Below are positions 42,830 through 58,395 of a DNA stretch of 64,000 bases, piece by piece (within the stretch, counting starts at the first letter, position 1; each line of letters starts with the position of its first letter). Origin of the DNA: Eledone cirrhosa. Its lineage: Eukaryota. Under the pieces are notes generated by a model that searched no databases, was not told the DNA's origin, and worked only from the letters and a program-made list of their open reading frames with translations. The stretch spans positions 34,410,001 to 34,474,000 of the forward strand of contig OZ024751.1 in the NCBI GenBank assembly GCA_964016885.1. The letters run 5' to 3'. The position numbers were made by a program, and so were the translations under genes.

Positions 42830-43650
42830 AAGAAGATTTGGAGTGAGAAGACATAAAATGAGAATGTAGATAGACGAATCCTACAAAGATTTGAAAGAAC
42901 CAGCATGAGAAGACATCTGAATAGCAGACCTAATGATGGCACTCACAAAGACTCAGAAGTGAAAATCTCCTGGTGAGGATATAGTGCCAAACTTCGGGTT
43001 TTCATCGATTTCTTATACACATAAAAAGTTAGTTCAGCTGTTGAATGGAATATGTCCTTGTGGAACAATTATGTTATTCCAATGAAATACTAAGTTCAAA
43101 CAATATTAATATTGACTGTGGAATATTCAACGGTGTCTCACTTTCACGTATAATGTTTTACATAGCTCTAATACCCCTTACAATTGAAAGTTACAGAAGG
43201 AAAATAAGCAATATATTTTATATGGATGACATAAAACTATATGGCAAAGACAATGATGAGCTTGAAAGATTTTTACGTACTGTGGAAGCATTCAGCAAGG
43301 ACATCAGAATGGAGTTTGGGCTTGATAAGAGTGCCAAGACCACTTTTTAAAAAAGCGAAGTTGAGAAACTCAAACTCACGCGAAATAGAAATTGAAACAG
43401 TTATAAAAGAACTTGAATAGGAGCAAACCTATAAATACTCGGGTATCAATGAAGGCTCCGATATTCAGCAAGCAGGCATGAAAGAGAAAATAAGGAAGGA
43501 TTCTTATAGGAGAGTAGGAGCAGTTGTTAAATATGAGCTAAACGCACATAACAAGGTGTTAACCATAAATTCCTTAGTAGTTCCAGTTGTTAGTTATACC
43601 TTGAATGTGTTGAACTGGAATATCAGTGGAATAAAGAGAATTGACAGAGG
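42830..43650 (+). pseudogene. R4/Dong-clade non-LTR retrotransposon RT fragment
   Basis: KSPGED; GIFNGVSLS (GIFQGDSLS-like); FYMDDIKLY; FSKDIRMEFGLDK; YKYSGI; LNAHNKVLTINSLVVPVVSY; stops, frameshifts and an internal deletion. Confidence 0.85.
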
Positions 43651-45477
43651 CAGAGACAGGTGAGAGTAGCTAAATAAACCTAAACAGTTATGTAACTATA
43701 GCTTGATGGAAAGGACTAAATTATGTGTGTTCATATAACTCAGGTTTAAGAGCCAGATATCTTAATCAAGAGATGTCGCGGCCCTCTATATTGTGGATAC
43801 GTTGTTATGCTGTTCTCCTATATCGTTATTGCTATTTATTTTGGTCCATAAAGAAACCTGGCATTTAGTTATTACTATTAACGTTGCTTCATACAGAACA
43901 TACTTACGTTCACAAAGGTTGAATATATTGCACAGTACATAAAGTAAAGGTTGTTTTATTCTATTAAAAATATAGAAGTTGAATTACTTGTGATTCTGAG
44001 TTTCACGTTACCAAGAATCCAACAATTAAAGTCGAAATTATTAATATCCTCCTATAAACTCCAGATATAATTGGAAACTGAGGGAAACATCTTAATGGGA
44101 GTCAGGAAAAAATGACATGAAATCGTTGATGATCCTAACAGACACACATGAATACATGCACACATATACACATGAATACATGAACACCTACAGACATACA
44201 TATATAAAACCCTGTAAACACACACATATATACACGCGACACCCTCCACATACAGACACTAACATATTGCCCTCCAATGTACAATACCACGAATACATCA
44301 AATGATTGCCGACTATTACTTTTAACCGCAAAATATAATTATCCTAAAATAACAAATATTTCCTGTCATGCATTATAATGCTAACATCAGAAATAATAAT
44401 TGCTATAAAACTTTAGAATTATGTGAAATATTTAGGATGCGGTAGAAGTTTTATCCCAATTAGAGATTCTTGCAAGAATAATATTATGCATCTTTCGAAA
44501 TGTGATATTTTACGATAATTCTCGTTTAGTTAAATGTAATGGCCATAAATTCTTTGATGTAACCATATGGCTGTATGATGGGACTGAGCTCTCTGAATAG
44601 ATTGGACTCTACATTATATTCTTGATAAGATTCCAATGGGCAGATTTCGCTCTCAACCATCATGATGACATCTTCCTTTTGGGTGATATGAGGAGCATTA
44701 TAATGAATGCTGATGCAAAGGAGTCTAATGAAATATTCAAAGAATTCTGAAGATCACAAGATATATAAATCTTAGTATATTTAATTTCATACATATAATT
44801 CTAGATTTAAAATTTAGCAAGTACTATCCTTATTGTAAACCTCCGTAGAATATCAACTATATTTCTACAGATTTTAGCTATCATATAATCCTTAGAATCT
44901 TAATTAATAAAATGTATATGTGCATATCCAGTATATCCCCTATAGAAGAACCCTTCTCAACGTTACAATGATGTATTAAAAGATGACGACATCAATGATA
45001 GCTTATATTACTCATAGAGAAACATTAATATTCATAAACGTACATAGGGCCAACGAAATATATGGTATAATCTTTGTTCCATAGTGGCAGGATTTTGTCC
45101 ACACTTATAAATAAGCATTTCTCTTAAACGACATACATCATCAGATCTGACGCACACATATTCACGGATCGATAACCACCGCTCAATCAATCACTCACAC
45201 ATATCTACACATACACGTGCAATAACACACACAAACGTACCATACATACAGACATACCTCGATTTCCTGTAGACAGAAGGTGTCTTGTTGTGTAAGCACA
45301 CACACACGAGCGTTCCTATGTACCAACAACACACACCATTGTAAGCACACACACCTCCATACTCACATATACACATATATTCGACTGTCCTTCTGAGCGG
45401 ATCATGCTTCCCTGATGAGGTCGAATAAGACTGGATCATGTCTGTAAACTTCTATAATTTGGTTTAAATGTTTAAAC

Positions 45478-45882
45478 ATGGTGGATTGGCAGTATCGGTA
45501 GAGGCTCGGACACCATGCTTTGACGCCTTGCCATTCTGAGTTCAAATCCCGCCGAGGTTAACTTTGCCTTTCATCCTTACGGGGTCGATAAAATAAAGTA
45601 CCTGTAATGCAATGGGTAATTGCTGGCCTTGTGCTAAAAGTTGAAACAATTATTATAGTTAACTGAGGGCAGTGCGTTTGCGGTATCGATGGAGCGTCGG
45701 ACAACATGTTTTGCGAGATATAGTTACGGCCATTTCCTGAGTTCAAATCCCGCCGATGTTAGCTTTACCTTTCATCCCTACAGGGTCGATAAAATAAAGT
45801 ACCAGTAATGCACTGGGGTCGATCTGGTCGACTTTCCACTTCCCTTCAAAATGCTGGCTGGCATTGTGCCAAATGTTAAAAA
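45478..45882 (+). mobile_element. Two tandem tRNA-derived SINEs (family 1)
   Basis: Copies at ~45478-45658 and ~45664-45882; A-box-like TGGCAGTATCGG in the first, B-box GAGTTCAAATCC and the shared core in both. Confidence 0.9.
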
Positions 45883-46920
45883 AATGTCAGTTAACTCTCT
45901 TGCTTATAACTTTTAGTGTTGAAACACCACAACAGAGGGAGGTCTTCTCTACTAACTGCGGAGATAATCTCATTCAACCGAACTATTTTCTACTCATTAT
46001 ACTACATTTGTGACAACATTCCTATTTGACTATGTATAAATATACGCACACACAAAGACAAACTGACACAAACACTTGCACACACACACACACAAACATT
46101 GGCACCCACACAGACACACTGACGTACATACACACAAACACCCACCAACACACCCACATAAGAACGCCCCCGCACTCGCAACTAATGCACACATACACGC
46201 TCAGCTGGCTCACTCTCTATCTTCCTCTCTTTATCTCTCTCTATTTATCTGTCTGTCTGTCTCTCAAATGCTATGGAACACGCATCTGTAGCTCTCTATC
46301 TATTTCACCCACTTCTCTCACTCTCACTCAGTCTCTCTCTCTCTCTCTTTCACCCACCTCTCTCTCTATTGACCTTTCTCCCTTATCCTCACTTATCTCT
46401 TTCTCACTCTCTCCTTCCCTCTCTCCTTCCCTCTTTCTTTCTCTCTCATTCTATCTCTCTCTTTATCTCTCTTTGTCCCCCTCTCACACATACGCTGCCT
46501 TTCCCCTTCCTCCCTCTCCTATAACAACATATAACAGTTTTACACACACACACAAACACGCACTGGTGAACACATTGAGATAAGCACACAGTATCAATCA
46601 CACGCACACACACACACACACACGCACACTAACAAAAAGACAACTTTAGGCTCATACACACGCACTCATATATTCTGATACATACGCTGCCATCAAATAC
46701 ACACACAAGCACACACACACTCAAGCACACACACACTCAAGCACACACACACTCATGCACACACACATTCAAGCACATACACACACATACTCAAGCACAC
46801 ACACACGCATACACACTCAAGCACACACACACACTTAAGCAACGGTTATTACAATACCCTAGTCATGTACAGATCTCCCAGACACACACACATTCAATAC
46901 AAACACGAACACATTTCCAG

Positions 46921-46987
<67 letters not shown>

Positions 46988-47005
46988 TATATATATACAC
47001 ACACG

Positions 47006-47079
<74 letters not shown>

Positions 47080-47136
47080 TACACACATACACATATATAT
47101 ATATATATATATATGCACATACACACACATATATAC

Positions 47137-47167
<31 letters not shown>

Positions 47168-47959
47168 TATATATATATATACACGCATATACACACACAC
47201 ACATGTAGACAGAGACACATATATACAGCACAATGTTCACTGGCGTTCCACACACTAGGACACACAGACACAGAAACGCAGGCGATGACACACACGAACA
47301 CACATGGAAACACGTAAGGGAAGCACGCTAACACACACACACATGCATAGATACACACATACACACACAGACATAGACACAGACAGACATATAGAACGGG
47401 GCCCAAGTTTATCGATCTTCTCATGGTGGGCCCTGGAAACCGATCACTGATCTCTGAACTGGAGAACACGATATCGACAACCTGTGAACAACTGATACAA
47501 GAGAACACATATAGAACCTAACACACACTCACTCACACACTTACACACACACACACACGTATACACTTACACACTTACACACTCACTCACACACTTACAC
47601 ACACACACACACTTACACCCTTACACACACACTTACACCCTTACACATACACACTTACACCTACACACACACACTTACTTACATACTTACACACTTACAC
47701 ACTCACTTACACACTTACACACTAACTTACACACTCACACACTTATACACTTACACACTTACACACATACACACTTACACACACACACACATACGAAGGC
47801 GTGTGCACACACGCACGGAGATATGCACGAGGATAGTGGTACACACATACAGATGATACACAACAACGAACACTCACTTATAGATTAGACAATCCTACCC
47901 ACACATACACACACATACACACATGTACTCAAGTTCACAATCTCGCAGAAGCTTACACA

Positions 47960-48550
47960 CACACCGACACACACACGCATCGATACACACACACACACGC
48001 CGACACACACACGCATCGATACACACACACACACATCGACACACACACACATCGACACACACACCGACACACACACGCATCGACATACACACACATCGAC
48101 ACACTCACACATCGACACACACACACATCGACACACACACATCGACACACACACACACCGACACACACACGCATCGACACACACACACACCGACACACAC
48201 ACGCATCGACATACACACACATCGACACACTCACACATCGACACACACACACATCGACACACACACACATCGACAGACACACACACCGACACACACACGT
48301 ATCGACACACACACGCATCGACACACACACGCATCGATACACACATCGACACACACACACATCGACACACACACACATCGGCACACACACACCGACATAC
48401 ACACACACCGAGACACACACACACCGACACACACACACATCGACACACACACACATCGACACACACACACACCGACACACACACACATCGACACACACAC
48501 AGATACGCACACACATCGACACACACACAGATACGCACACGCACAGATAC
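47960..48550. repeat. (CA)n punctuated by TCG/CCG, variable-unit minisatellite
   Basis: ACACACACATCG / ACACACCG units. Confidence 0.93.
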
Positions 48551-48757
48551 ACATACACGAGCATATTTCAACACTTACGTAGAAAAATATGAGACCGCTA
48601 CATGGTAGAGGAAGCTCCTAGAAATAGTAGCTAAGTGACCGTCAAATTACACCTTACAGTCATAGTTAGATGAAGGACATCTAAGAGACCCAATAGATTA
48701 CTCAGGTCCGACCTAGGGCTAAACAACTCCAATATATCACATATAGACAATAGCTAG

Positions 48758-48806
<49 letters not shown>

Positions 48807-48821
48807 TCTCTCTCTCTCTCA

Positions 48822-48908
<87 letters not shown>

Positions 48909-49317
48909 CACGCATACACCAATGGACATGCGTATATATATACTGAACCAAACACATACAGACACAAATACGCATACACACATATTCACACACATACACA
49001 ACCAGACACATACACATGCGTGTAGACAAAATACAGGTAAATTCAACACACACACATACACATTCATATTCAATCTTATACACTCACACACCTACACATA
49101 TACGCACAGATATTCTCATAGACATACACCTATGTACGTCAACACACATACACACAAACTCACACTCACACACACGCACAGAATCACATATTCCCACCCA
49201 CAGACGTACAAACAAATATACGGATGTACCCACACAAACACACATACAGACATATACATACACACCCACACACACACCCACAGAGACGTACATACACACA
49301 CGAAAACACTCCTTTCA

Positions 49318-49530
49318 TCTTGACCTGTTGAATAGGAGACAGGTGCGAATCAGTTGGAAATTCTAGAAATAGCAGCCAAATTAAACGTTACTTTTCTAAA
49401 AAAGAAAAGAATCTTTAGATATTGTCGTAAGCATACAAAAAAAAAACATTAAAAAACGAGATAGTCATGTGTGGAATGTCATCATTGACTATAGACCTGC
49501 TTAGCCAGGGCTTACAGTTTGTTAAACAAC
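49318..49530 (+). mobile_element. Interspersed repeat family 2 (GAAATAGCAGCCAAAT core)
   Basis: Diverged copies with TTGACCTG..GAAATAGCAGCCAAAT...TGGAATG..TT.ATCATAG..CTGCT...AAACAAC also near 48615, 50270, 50975, 51540, 51750 and 59228. Confidence 0.65.
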
Positions 49531-51374
49531 TTCAACCAAATAAGAACTCTCCCTCACATGAGGCATTGTTCATCTCAGTACAGATAAACCATTTTTCTTC
49601 TTCCTCTCTCATTAATTCCTGAGAGGGTCGTGGGGCCAGAGTCCTCAAACACTCCTTCCAGAGGGTCCTGTCAGAAGCAACCCTCTCCAGCTGGTATAGT
49701 AGATATCACTTGGCTAGGATTCCATGCATTAGTATAGAACCTGGCACCTTATGATTTCAGTGCTAACTTCTTAACCATACAGGCATGTCCACCCTAGTTA
49801 CCTAGATACACACCATACAGGCATGTCCTAGTTACCTAGATACACAAAGACCGATCAAAAGAAGGAAGGGTGCTCATGATTAGAGCCCTTTTGATCATAG
49901 ATCTGCTTAGTCAGAGGTGACTTGTCGCTATCCAACAACAGACGAATTGGCAGAGTTATTTAAATATAGGACATAATACTTTGCGCTATTTGTTCCGTCT
50001 TCCTCCGATATTGGTCGATAAGATAGATTACCATTCTAAGGCAAAGGATTGATGGAATTAGTAGAGCATCGCTCGAGTAATGTCGTGACATTTATTCTGG
50101 TTCTTTGTATTGTTAGTTCTTGGGTAAGTTTCGTGGAATTTGATAATCCCAACATTCTTTCTTTTCCCTGTCTTCGGAGAACCTAAAATAAATTAAGGTT
50201 CTTGGACCCTGCTCGTCCTTCAATGACTAACAGAACAACTAGAAGAAGCTAAAAACAAAGTGCTATTTGTTGATCGACCTGATAGATATAGCAGTTAAAT
50301 TTCTTCAAATCACAGCACCAGGTTTCTAGCTTAGACACCAGCCAGTAATTTATGCGGTGGGGGAAAGTCAATTATATTGATGGCGGTATGTGAATAGTTA
50401 CTATACCTCCTCAGACATAGAATGGTGAAAGGCAAAGTTGACCTCCGTCTAAAGAACAGCAGAAATGTCATCAAAAAGGGAAAAGAAAAGGAGCTGCACG
50501 TCAGATAAGATCAACAAAACTTTGTAAAGACACTACATGGTAGAATGTTTTAGTAACTTTTTAAATCCCAAGTTTCTGAGTTCAATTTCCTGTAATATTA
50601 CTCATAGTTTTGAAACGGATTTTATAAGAAATTCGAGTTTGTCAGAGAGCCGGGAAAATGTTGGCAGTATTTCTTCCAGTTATATTTTGAATTCAAATCC
50701 TGCCGTCAAGTAGTCCTTGCTCTTCCCTGTCTTTTCCTCTCATTTATGGCATTTATATTGCTTTCTAATACTGCTTTCTTTTTCTGTATATTTAGTCGAA
50801 TAAGAAATTGTTCATATTTAGAACATTTGTCGAATATACCAAATAGTTTTGCTATCGAATGAGTGATCTTATGAATATGAGGCAAACTTTACAACATTTT
50901 GGTCATGAAGTATCGATATATACACAGGAGATTATCTGAGGACGTGTGGGTATCTACATGGTCAATACACCCCACAGAAATAGCAGCCAGATTACCTTCA
51001 ATCTTTCTTGATGTCTCAATATTAGACAATTTCTCTATAAGAGATATTAAACAATCTACTGTAATAGACTATACAGTATATTTTAAAAAACTATTTTACT
51101 GACACCAGTTATTTTGACTGTGGCCAGACTGGAGCCATCATTTACTCAGTTACATCGACAGCATACTTTTTTTTTATGGGGCATAAATATAGACAGACAC
51201 ACGAATATAAACAGACACATACACATACAAACACACACACACATTAACACGCACTATGAGGAGGGTATCTCCAGCTGGAGCAACATGCATACATACATAT
51301 ACACACACACAACACACACATCACACACACACACTATGAGGAGATTCCCTCCAGCTGGAGCAACATACACACCT

Positions 51375-51424
<50 letters not shown>

Positions 51425-51960
51425 TTACACATATAAACATACAGATTATGAGGCGTCTCTCCAGCTGGAGTAATACATCTGTTGATTTAACCAGCCTGGT
51501 TCTTCGACCAATGCTTCATGGTGGGAGCCTCCACATGGTCACTTGACCTGACAAAAATAGCAGCCAAATCTCCTTTCCATTGCAGCCTACTTTCATAATA
51601 ATGGAAGGAAACACATTAGATAATATAAGACTAGTGACCCTTTTTAAAGAAGAGTGATTGCCGTGGCTTGAATGCCTTTCATGAAAGGTCTGAGGTATTA
51701 GAGCCGACCAGAAGCAAGACCAGGAAGGGGCGACATGTGAGTGGGGACACCACCTGCTAGAAATAGAGTCCAAATCTACTCCCAAACCACACACCAGCGT
51801 CTTGTAAATGTGGATACCTTGTCATGATACTCTGGGTGAGTTGTCGTGGGGAAGAGACGTGATAGTCACGGTTGGTACGTCGTTAGTTCTAGCTCTGATC
51901 AATCATCATTCTATTACGTCTAATTAAGCACAAAACCTGCCTTGGGCTATACAACACACA

Positions 51961-52012
<52 letters not shown>

Positions 52013-52025
52013 TGTACGTAAGTGC

Positions 52026-52102
<77 letters not shown>

Positions 52103-52172
52103 TATATATATGTGTGTGTGAAAAATATGAGAAAAAAGTGTCATATTAACACCACGTCATTGTTAATAATTA

Positions 52173-52722
52173 TACACTTGTTCTCACACACACTTGTTCT
52201 CACACACACACTTGTTCTCACATACACACTTGTTCTCACACACTTGTTCTCACACACACACTTGTTCTCACACACACACTTGTTCTCACATACACACTTG
52301 TTCTCACACTCACACTTGTTCTCACACACACTTGTTCTCACACACACACTTGTTCTCACACACACACTTGTTCTCACATACACACTTGTTCTCACACTCA
52401 CACTTGTTCTCACACACACTTGTTCTCACACACACACTTGTTCTCACACACACACTTGTTCTCACACACACACTTGTTCTCATATACACACTTGTTCTCA
52501 CACTCACACTTGTTCTCACACACACTTGTTCTCAAACACACTTGTTCTTACACACTTGTTCTCACACACACACTTGTTCTCACACACACACTTGTTCTCA
52601 CACACTTGTTCTCACACACTTGTTCTCACACACACACTTGTTCTCACACACACACTTGTTCTCACACACTTGTTCTCACACACACACTTGTTCTCACACA
52701 CACTTGTTCTCACACTCACACA
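52173..52722. repeat. (CACACTTGTTCTCA)n-type minisatellite with variable CA number
   Basis: CTTGTTCT anchor repeated about 30 times. Confidence 0.95.
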
Positions 52723-52749
52723 TTACAAACATTACTAACAACTCCGCCT

Positions 52750-54430
52750 CAGCTACAACACCGCCACCACCACTACCACCACCACCGCAACCACCACCAC
52801 CACCACAACACCACCACCACCACCACCACCACCACTACCACCACCACCACAACCACCACCACCACCACAACCACTACCGCCACTACCACTACCACCACCA
52901 CCACCACAACAACAACCACCACCACCACCACCACAACCACCACCACCACTACCACCACCACCACAACCACCACCACCACAACCACCACTACCGCCACTAC
53001 CACCACCACCACCACCATCACCACTACCACCACCACCACCACCATCACCATAGCCACCACCACCACCACCACCACCACTACCACCACCACCATCACCACT
53101 GCCACCACCACCACCACCACTACCCCACTACCACCACCACTACCCCCACTACCACCACCACTACCATCACGACTACCACTACCACCACCACCACTGCCAC
53201 CACCACCACCATCACCACTGCCACCACCACCACTACCACCACCACCACTACCCCCACTACCATCACCACCACCACTACCACCACCACAACTACCACCACC
53301 ACCACTACCACCACCACCACCATCACCACTGCCACTACCACCACCACCACCACCACCACTACCACCACCACCACTACCACCACCACCACCACCACCATCA
53401 CCATAGCCACCACCACCACCACTACCCCCACTACTACCACCACTACCACCACCACCACCACCACCACCACCACCACCACCACCATCACCACTGCCACCAC
53501 CACCACCACCACCACTACCCCCACTACCACCACCACTACCACCACCACTACCACTACCACCACCACCACCTCCACCACCACCACCATCACCACTGCCACC
53601 ACCACCACCACTACCACCACCACCACTACCACCACCACCATACCACCACCACCACCACTACCCCCACTACCATCACCACTACCACCACCACCACTACCAC
53701 CACCACAACTACCACCACCACCACCACCACCACCACCACCACCACTACCACCACCACCACCGCCTGCACTTCTACTAAAACCCACCATCACCTCAAGTAT
53801 AGCAAACCATCACCATCAACACCACCACCATCACCATCATCACCATCACAACCATCACCATCATCACCATCACCACCATCACAACCACTAGCAGTAACAC
53901 CACCATCACTTCCATCACCATCACCCTCCCCACCACCATCACAACCACTAGCAGTAACACCAGCAGCAGTAACACCACTATCACCACCATCACCACCACC
54001 ACCATCATCATCACCTCCACCACCATCACCACCATCACCATCACCTCCACCACCATCACCACCACTATCACCCTCACCACCACCATCACAACCACTAGCA
54101 GTAGCACCAGCAGCAGTAACACCACCACCACTACACCCTCCACGTTCCAACCACCAGTAGCACTACTTTTACCACCTCCGCACACACGCACCCCCACCAA
54201 CCCCCAACCGCCACCACAACCACCCTCAGAACCACCACCACCACCACTACACCCTCCACATTCCAACCACCAGTCGCACTAATTCTACCACCTCCGCACA
54301 CACGCACCCCCACCACTGCCACCACTGCCACCACCACCAACTTCATTATCAACCTGATCACCCCAATAATCCCCCAGTAACATTATACAGCACACCACCA
54401 TCATCTCAACACACCACCACCACCACCAGT
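52750..54430. repeat. (CCA)n/(CTA)/(TCA) trinucleotide tract
   Basis: Directly visible; explains the poly-T/H/P/V/G ORFs. Confidence 0.95.
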
Positions 54431-55310
54431 CGTACCATATATTATACAATACACAGCATTACAACATATCAACAACACAACATATACACCACTGCAACAT
54501 ATCAACAACACAACACAACATACATACCACTGCAACATAACAACACACAACAGAACAGCCGACTGTGCTAATACTACCGTTGTCAGTACGTGGTCTTTTC
54601 AAAAGCAATCTCGCAGATCGTCCGGCCTTACTTTGCCGACACACGTTCTATTTTTTCAAAACATTCACCTCGGGGAAACTTATCAACCAACAGGTTCCTT
54701 ATAAACTACAACACACTTTATAACACACATACATAAATATAAATATATATATATATAGAAAGAAGCAAGCATGTATATATAGTATATAATACAACATGGT
54801 TTAATTACGGCACACACGATCTTTTTCTCTCTTTTTCCTTTTTTTCCCACTTTCTCTCATTCTTCAGTTTCAAATTTTCCTTACACACGCCTCTATCTAT
54901 CTATTTATCTATCTATGCTGTCTATATAGTTATATATAGGTATAGATATATATACAGATAGATATTGCTTTACTTTCTATACACTCTCTACATATATCTA
55001 CACACACATATATATATATTTATATATAAATATAAGAAGACTAAGCGACATATAATACAGACTATCACTTACATTCACCTTATATTGTATATATATCTCT
55101 ATCTTATTTTATTTTTTCACTTCTCGTTCCTCTGTCCCTCTATCCAAGTGGTTGTGCCTTTACACATACATATAACACACACATACTATATATATATATT
55201 CCTATAATATATATATACACAGTATATATATACATATATATACACAGTATATATATATACATATATATATACATATATATACAGAGTATATACACAGTAT
55301 ATATACACAG

Positions 55311-55342
<32 letters not shown>

Positions 55343-55348
55343 CAGAAC

Positions 55349-55379
<31 letters not shown>

Positions 55380-55522
55380 CACACACACATACACACATCA
55401 ATATTTTATTATATAAATACCGGCGAAATACATTATATTTGCCCCCGAAACCCTGTCTATATTCTATTTTTCTTGTTTTTAACCCTTCTCCTACTGTTGA
55501 TAATTTTTACACCATACAAGTT

Positions 55523-55568
55523 ATGTCTTGGAGACTACTGCCTTTCTTCCTTGTCGGAATATTATTAG
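55523..55568 (+). CDS. Candidate first coding exon (signal peptide MSWRLLPFFLVGILL-) of a host gene
   Basis: ATG, basic residue, hydrophobic core, then a consensus donor AG|GTAAGT in phase 1, within a non-repetitive island. No transcript evidence. Confidence 0.45.
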
Positions 55569-55621
55569 GTAAGTGACCACTTTACTTTCTTACTCTTCTT
55601 ACACTTCTTCTTTTACAGTTT

Positions 55622-55704
<83 letters not shown>

Positions 55705-55732
55705 TATGTTTGTATGTATATATATGTATATA

Positions 55733-55795
<63 letters not shown>

Positions 55796-55872
55796 ATATA
55801 TGTATATATATATGTATATATATATATGTATACATATATATATATGTATGTATATATATATATATATATATG

Positions 55873-55907
<35 letters not shown>

Positions 55908-56038
55908 GTGTGTGTGTGTAAATTTATATATATATACATGTGTGTGTAAATTTATCTATCTATCTATATAATTATATAAATAAATGAATATATATAATAT
56001 ATATATTATGTATATATATATATATATATGTGTATATG

Positions 56039-56183
<145 letters not shown>

Positions 56184-56333
56184 GCATACATATGAATATA
56201 TATATAAACATGAATACATATATACATACATACATATATACATACATACATATATGCATACATACATATATATATATACATTTATATATATACATACATA
56301 TATATATATATACATACATATATATATATATAA

Positions 56334-56374
<41 letters not shown>

Positions 56375-56419
56375 TATACACACACATATATATATATATA
56401 TATATACATATATATACAT

Positions 56420-56503
<84 letters not shown>

Positions 56504-56999
56504 CAAGTAGTTGTCCATTCTTTATTGGTCTGTTATATTATTCCATGATTATTTCATTTTATCATATTTCATTATATTCTATGTCGTACATTATACCACG
56601 GCTTATATACACTAACATAGACCCACACACACGCATATATATATATATCAATACATACATAGATACATACCTATATGTATATATATGTATATACATACAT
56701 ATAAGTATATATATATGTTGATACATACATACATACATACATACATACATACATACATACATACATACATACATACATACATACATACATACATGTATAG
56801 ATATATGACTATACATATATACGTATGTCTGTGTATATTACAAGTATCATTTTACTGGAAATTACTGCAATAATGTGCAGTGTTTATGAAATATTAACTT
56901 TAGCAATAAAGCGAAAAAAACTGAAACTTCATCATTGTGGCTGTCCTTGTCATATCCCTGGTATATCGCCCTTGTAGCAAATATATCCTCATTATTATT

Positions 57000-57945
57000 G
57001 TACTGGGTAATTGCTGGCCTTGTGCCAAAAGTAGAAACAATTATTATTATTATTATTATTATTATTATCGTGAATTGGTGGAATCGGTAGAGTGTCGGTC
57101 CAACTATCGTACAATTGTGACGTCTGAGTCTAGTTTCTGAGTTCAAATTATGTTGAGGTCATTTTTCCGAGACTCGATGGAATATATTTCTGGTGTCTAA
57201 TACAATATATTAACTCACTCACTTCCTAAATTTCTCTCCCTGTGGCTATATTAGAAAGTATTAGATGTCTGAGGCGGTGGAGCAACGAAGAAAATACCAT
57301 GTGATGTTTAGACACCTTCCTTCATATTTTGTGTTCAAATCCGACAGAGATCAACTTTACTTTATATTCTCGCTGGTTTTATAAAATATACCAGTCATAT
57401 ATTAAGGTCTCTATAGGCCACTATCAAACGACAACCTCCACATCTGTCTTTTAATATATGTTTGTGTGTCCCTTAAAGAATATCATAAAAGGATGAAGTA
57501 AGATATGGTGATAGTAAAATCGATAGATCGTCGGACAAAACACCTAACGTTATTGGAACCTACGAGTTCTAATCACCCCGAGGTTGATTTTGCTTTTTCG
57601 CTAATCTGGGGTCCCTAAAAAATTAGTAGTGAATTTCTTATAACCTTGTTTACTCACACCTTATATATTTCTTAGGGGTCAGTAAATAAAGTACCAGTAA
57701 TGCACTGGGGTAGATTTAATCGACGTTCCCCTCCCCCAAAATTGCTGGCCTTGTGCCTAAATTAGAAACCATTATCGTTATAAGGACGGTTGTTTGTGGG
57801 AAACACTAGAACATCGGACACACTAATTCGTATCATTTGCTCACCCCCCCCCCCCCTTACATTCTGAGTTCGAATGACGACGATACCAACGTTACCAACG
57901 TTACCTTTCAACGTGCCGAGGTCTTTAAAATAAAGTAAAGTACTG
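57000..57945 (+). mobile_element. Cluster of degenerate family-1 SINE copies
   Basis: Repeated B-box-like G(A/T)GTTC(A/T/G)AAT at ~57140, 57330, 57565 and 57865, and 3' ends AATTGCTGGCCTTGTGCC at ~57010 and ~57740. Confidence 0.75.
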
Positions 57946-58026
57946 CGGCCTAAAATTACTCGTCCAAGGAAAGAAACTTATTTTTATATTAACCAGTATT
58001 TTACTGGTTAAAAAAATAATACAAGT

Positions 58027-58069
<43 letters not shown>

Positions 58070-58297
58070 TGTGTGTGTGTATGTGCGTGTGTGTGGGGCG
58101 GGTGCTTATATTAGGATACAGGTAAATATGCGTGTGTGAGTGTGTGTGTGTATGCTTATATTAGGATGTAGACAGATATGCGTGTGTATATATGTTTATG
58201 AGGATGTAGGTAGATGTGTGTGTGTGTGTGTGCTACAAGCACTATTAAAAGTTGTTAAAAACTTTGAGATTTTCTACATTAGAATTTTATACACACT

Positions 58298-58395
<98 letters not shown>

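Noticed and set aside
45405-45450. CTGATGA-GGTC...GACT hammerhead candidate
   Set aside because: GAAA reads GGAT and stem I does not pair; too decayed to call.
45478-45560. tRNA genes suggested by A/B boxes
   Set aside because: Boxes belong to SINE heads; no cloverleaf.
52194-53891. 565-aa His/Thr/Pro-rich ORF
   Set aside because: Minisatellite plus (CCA)n; non-ATG start, open in several frames, no domain.
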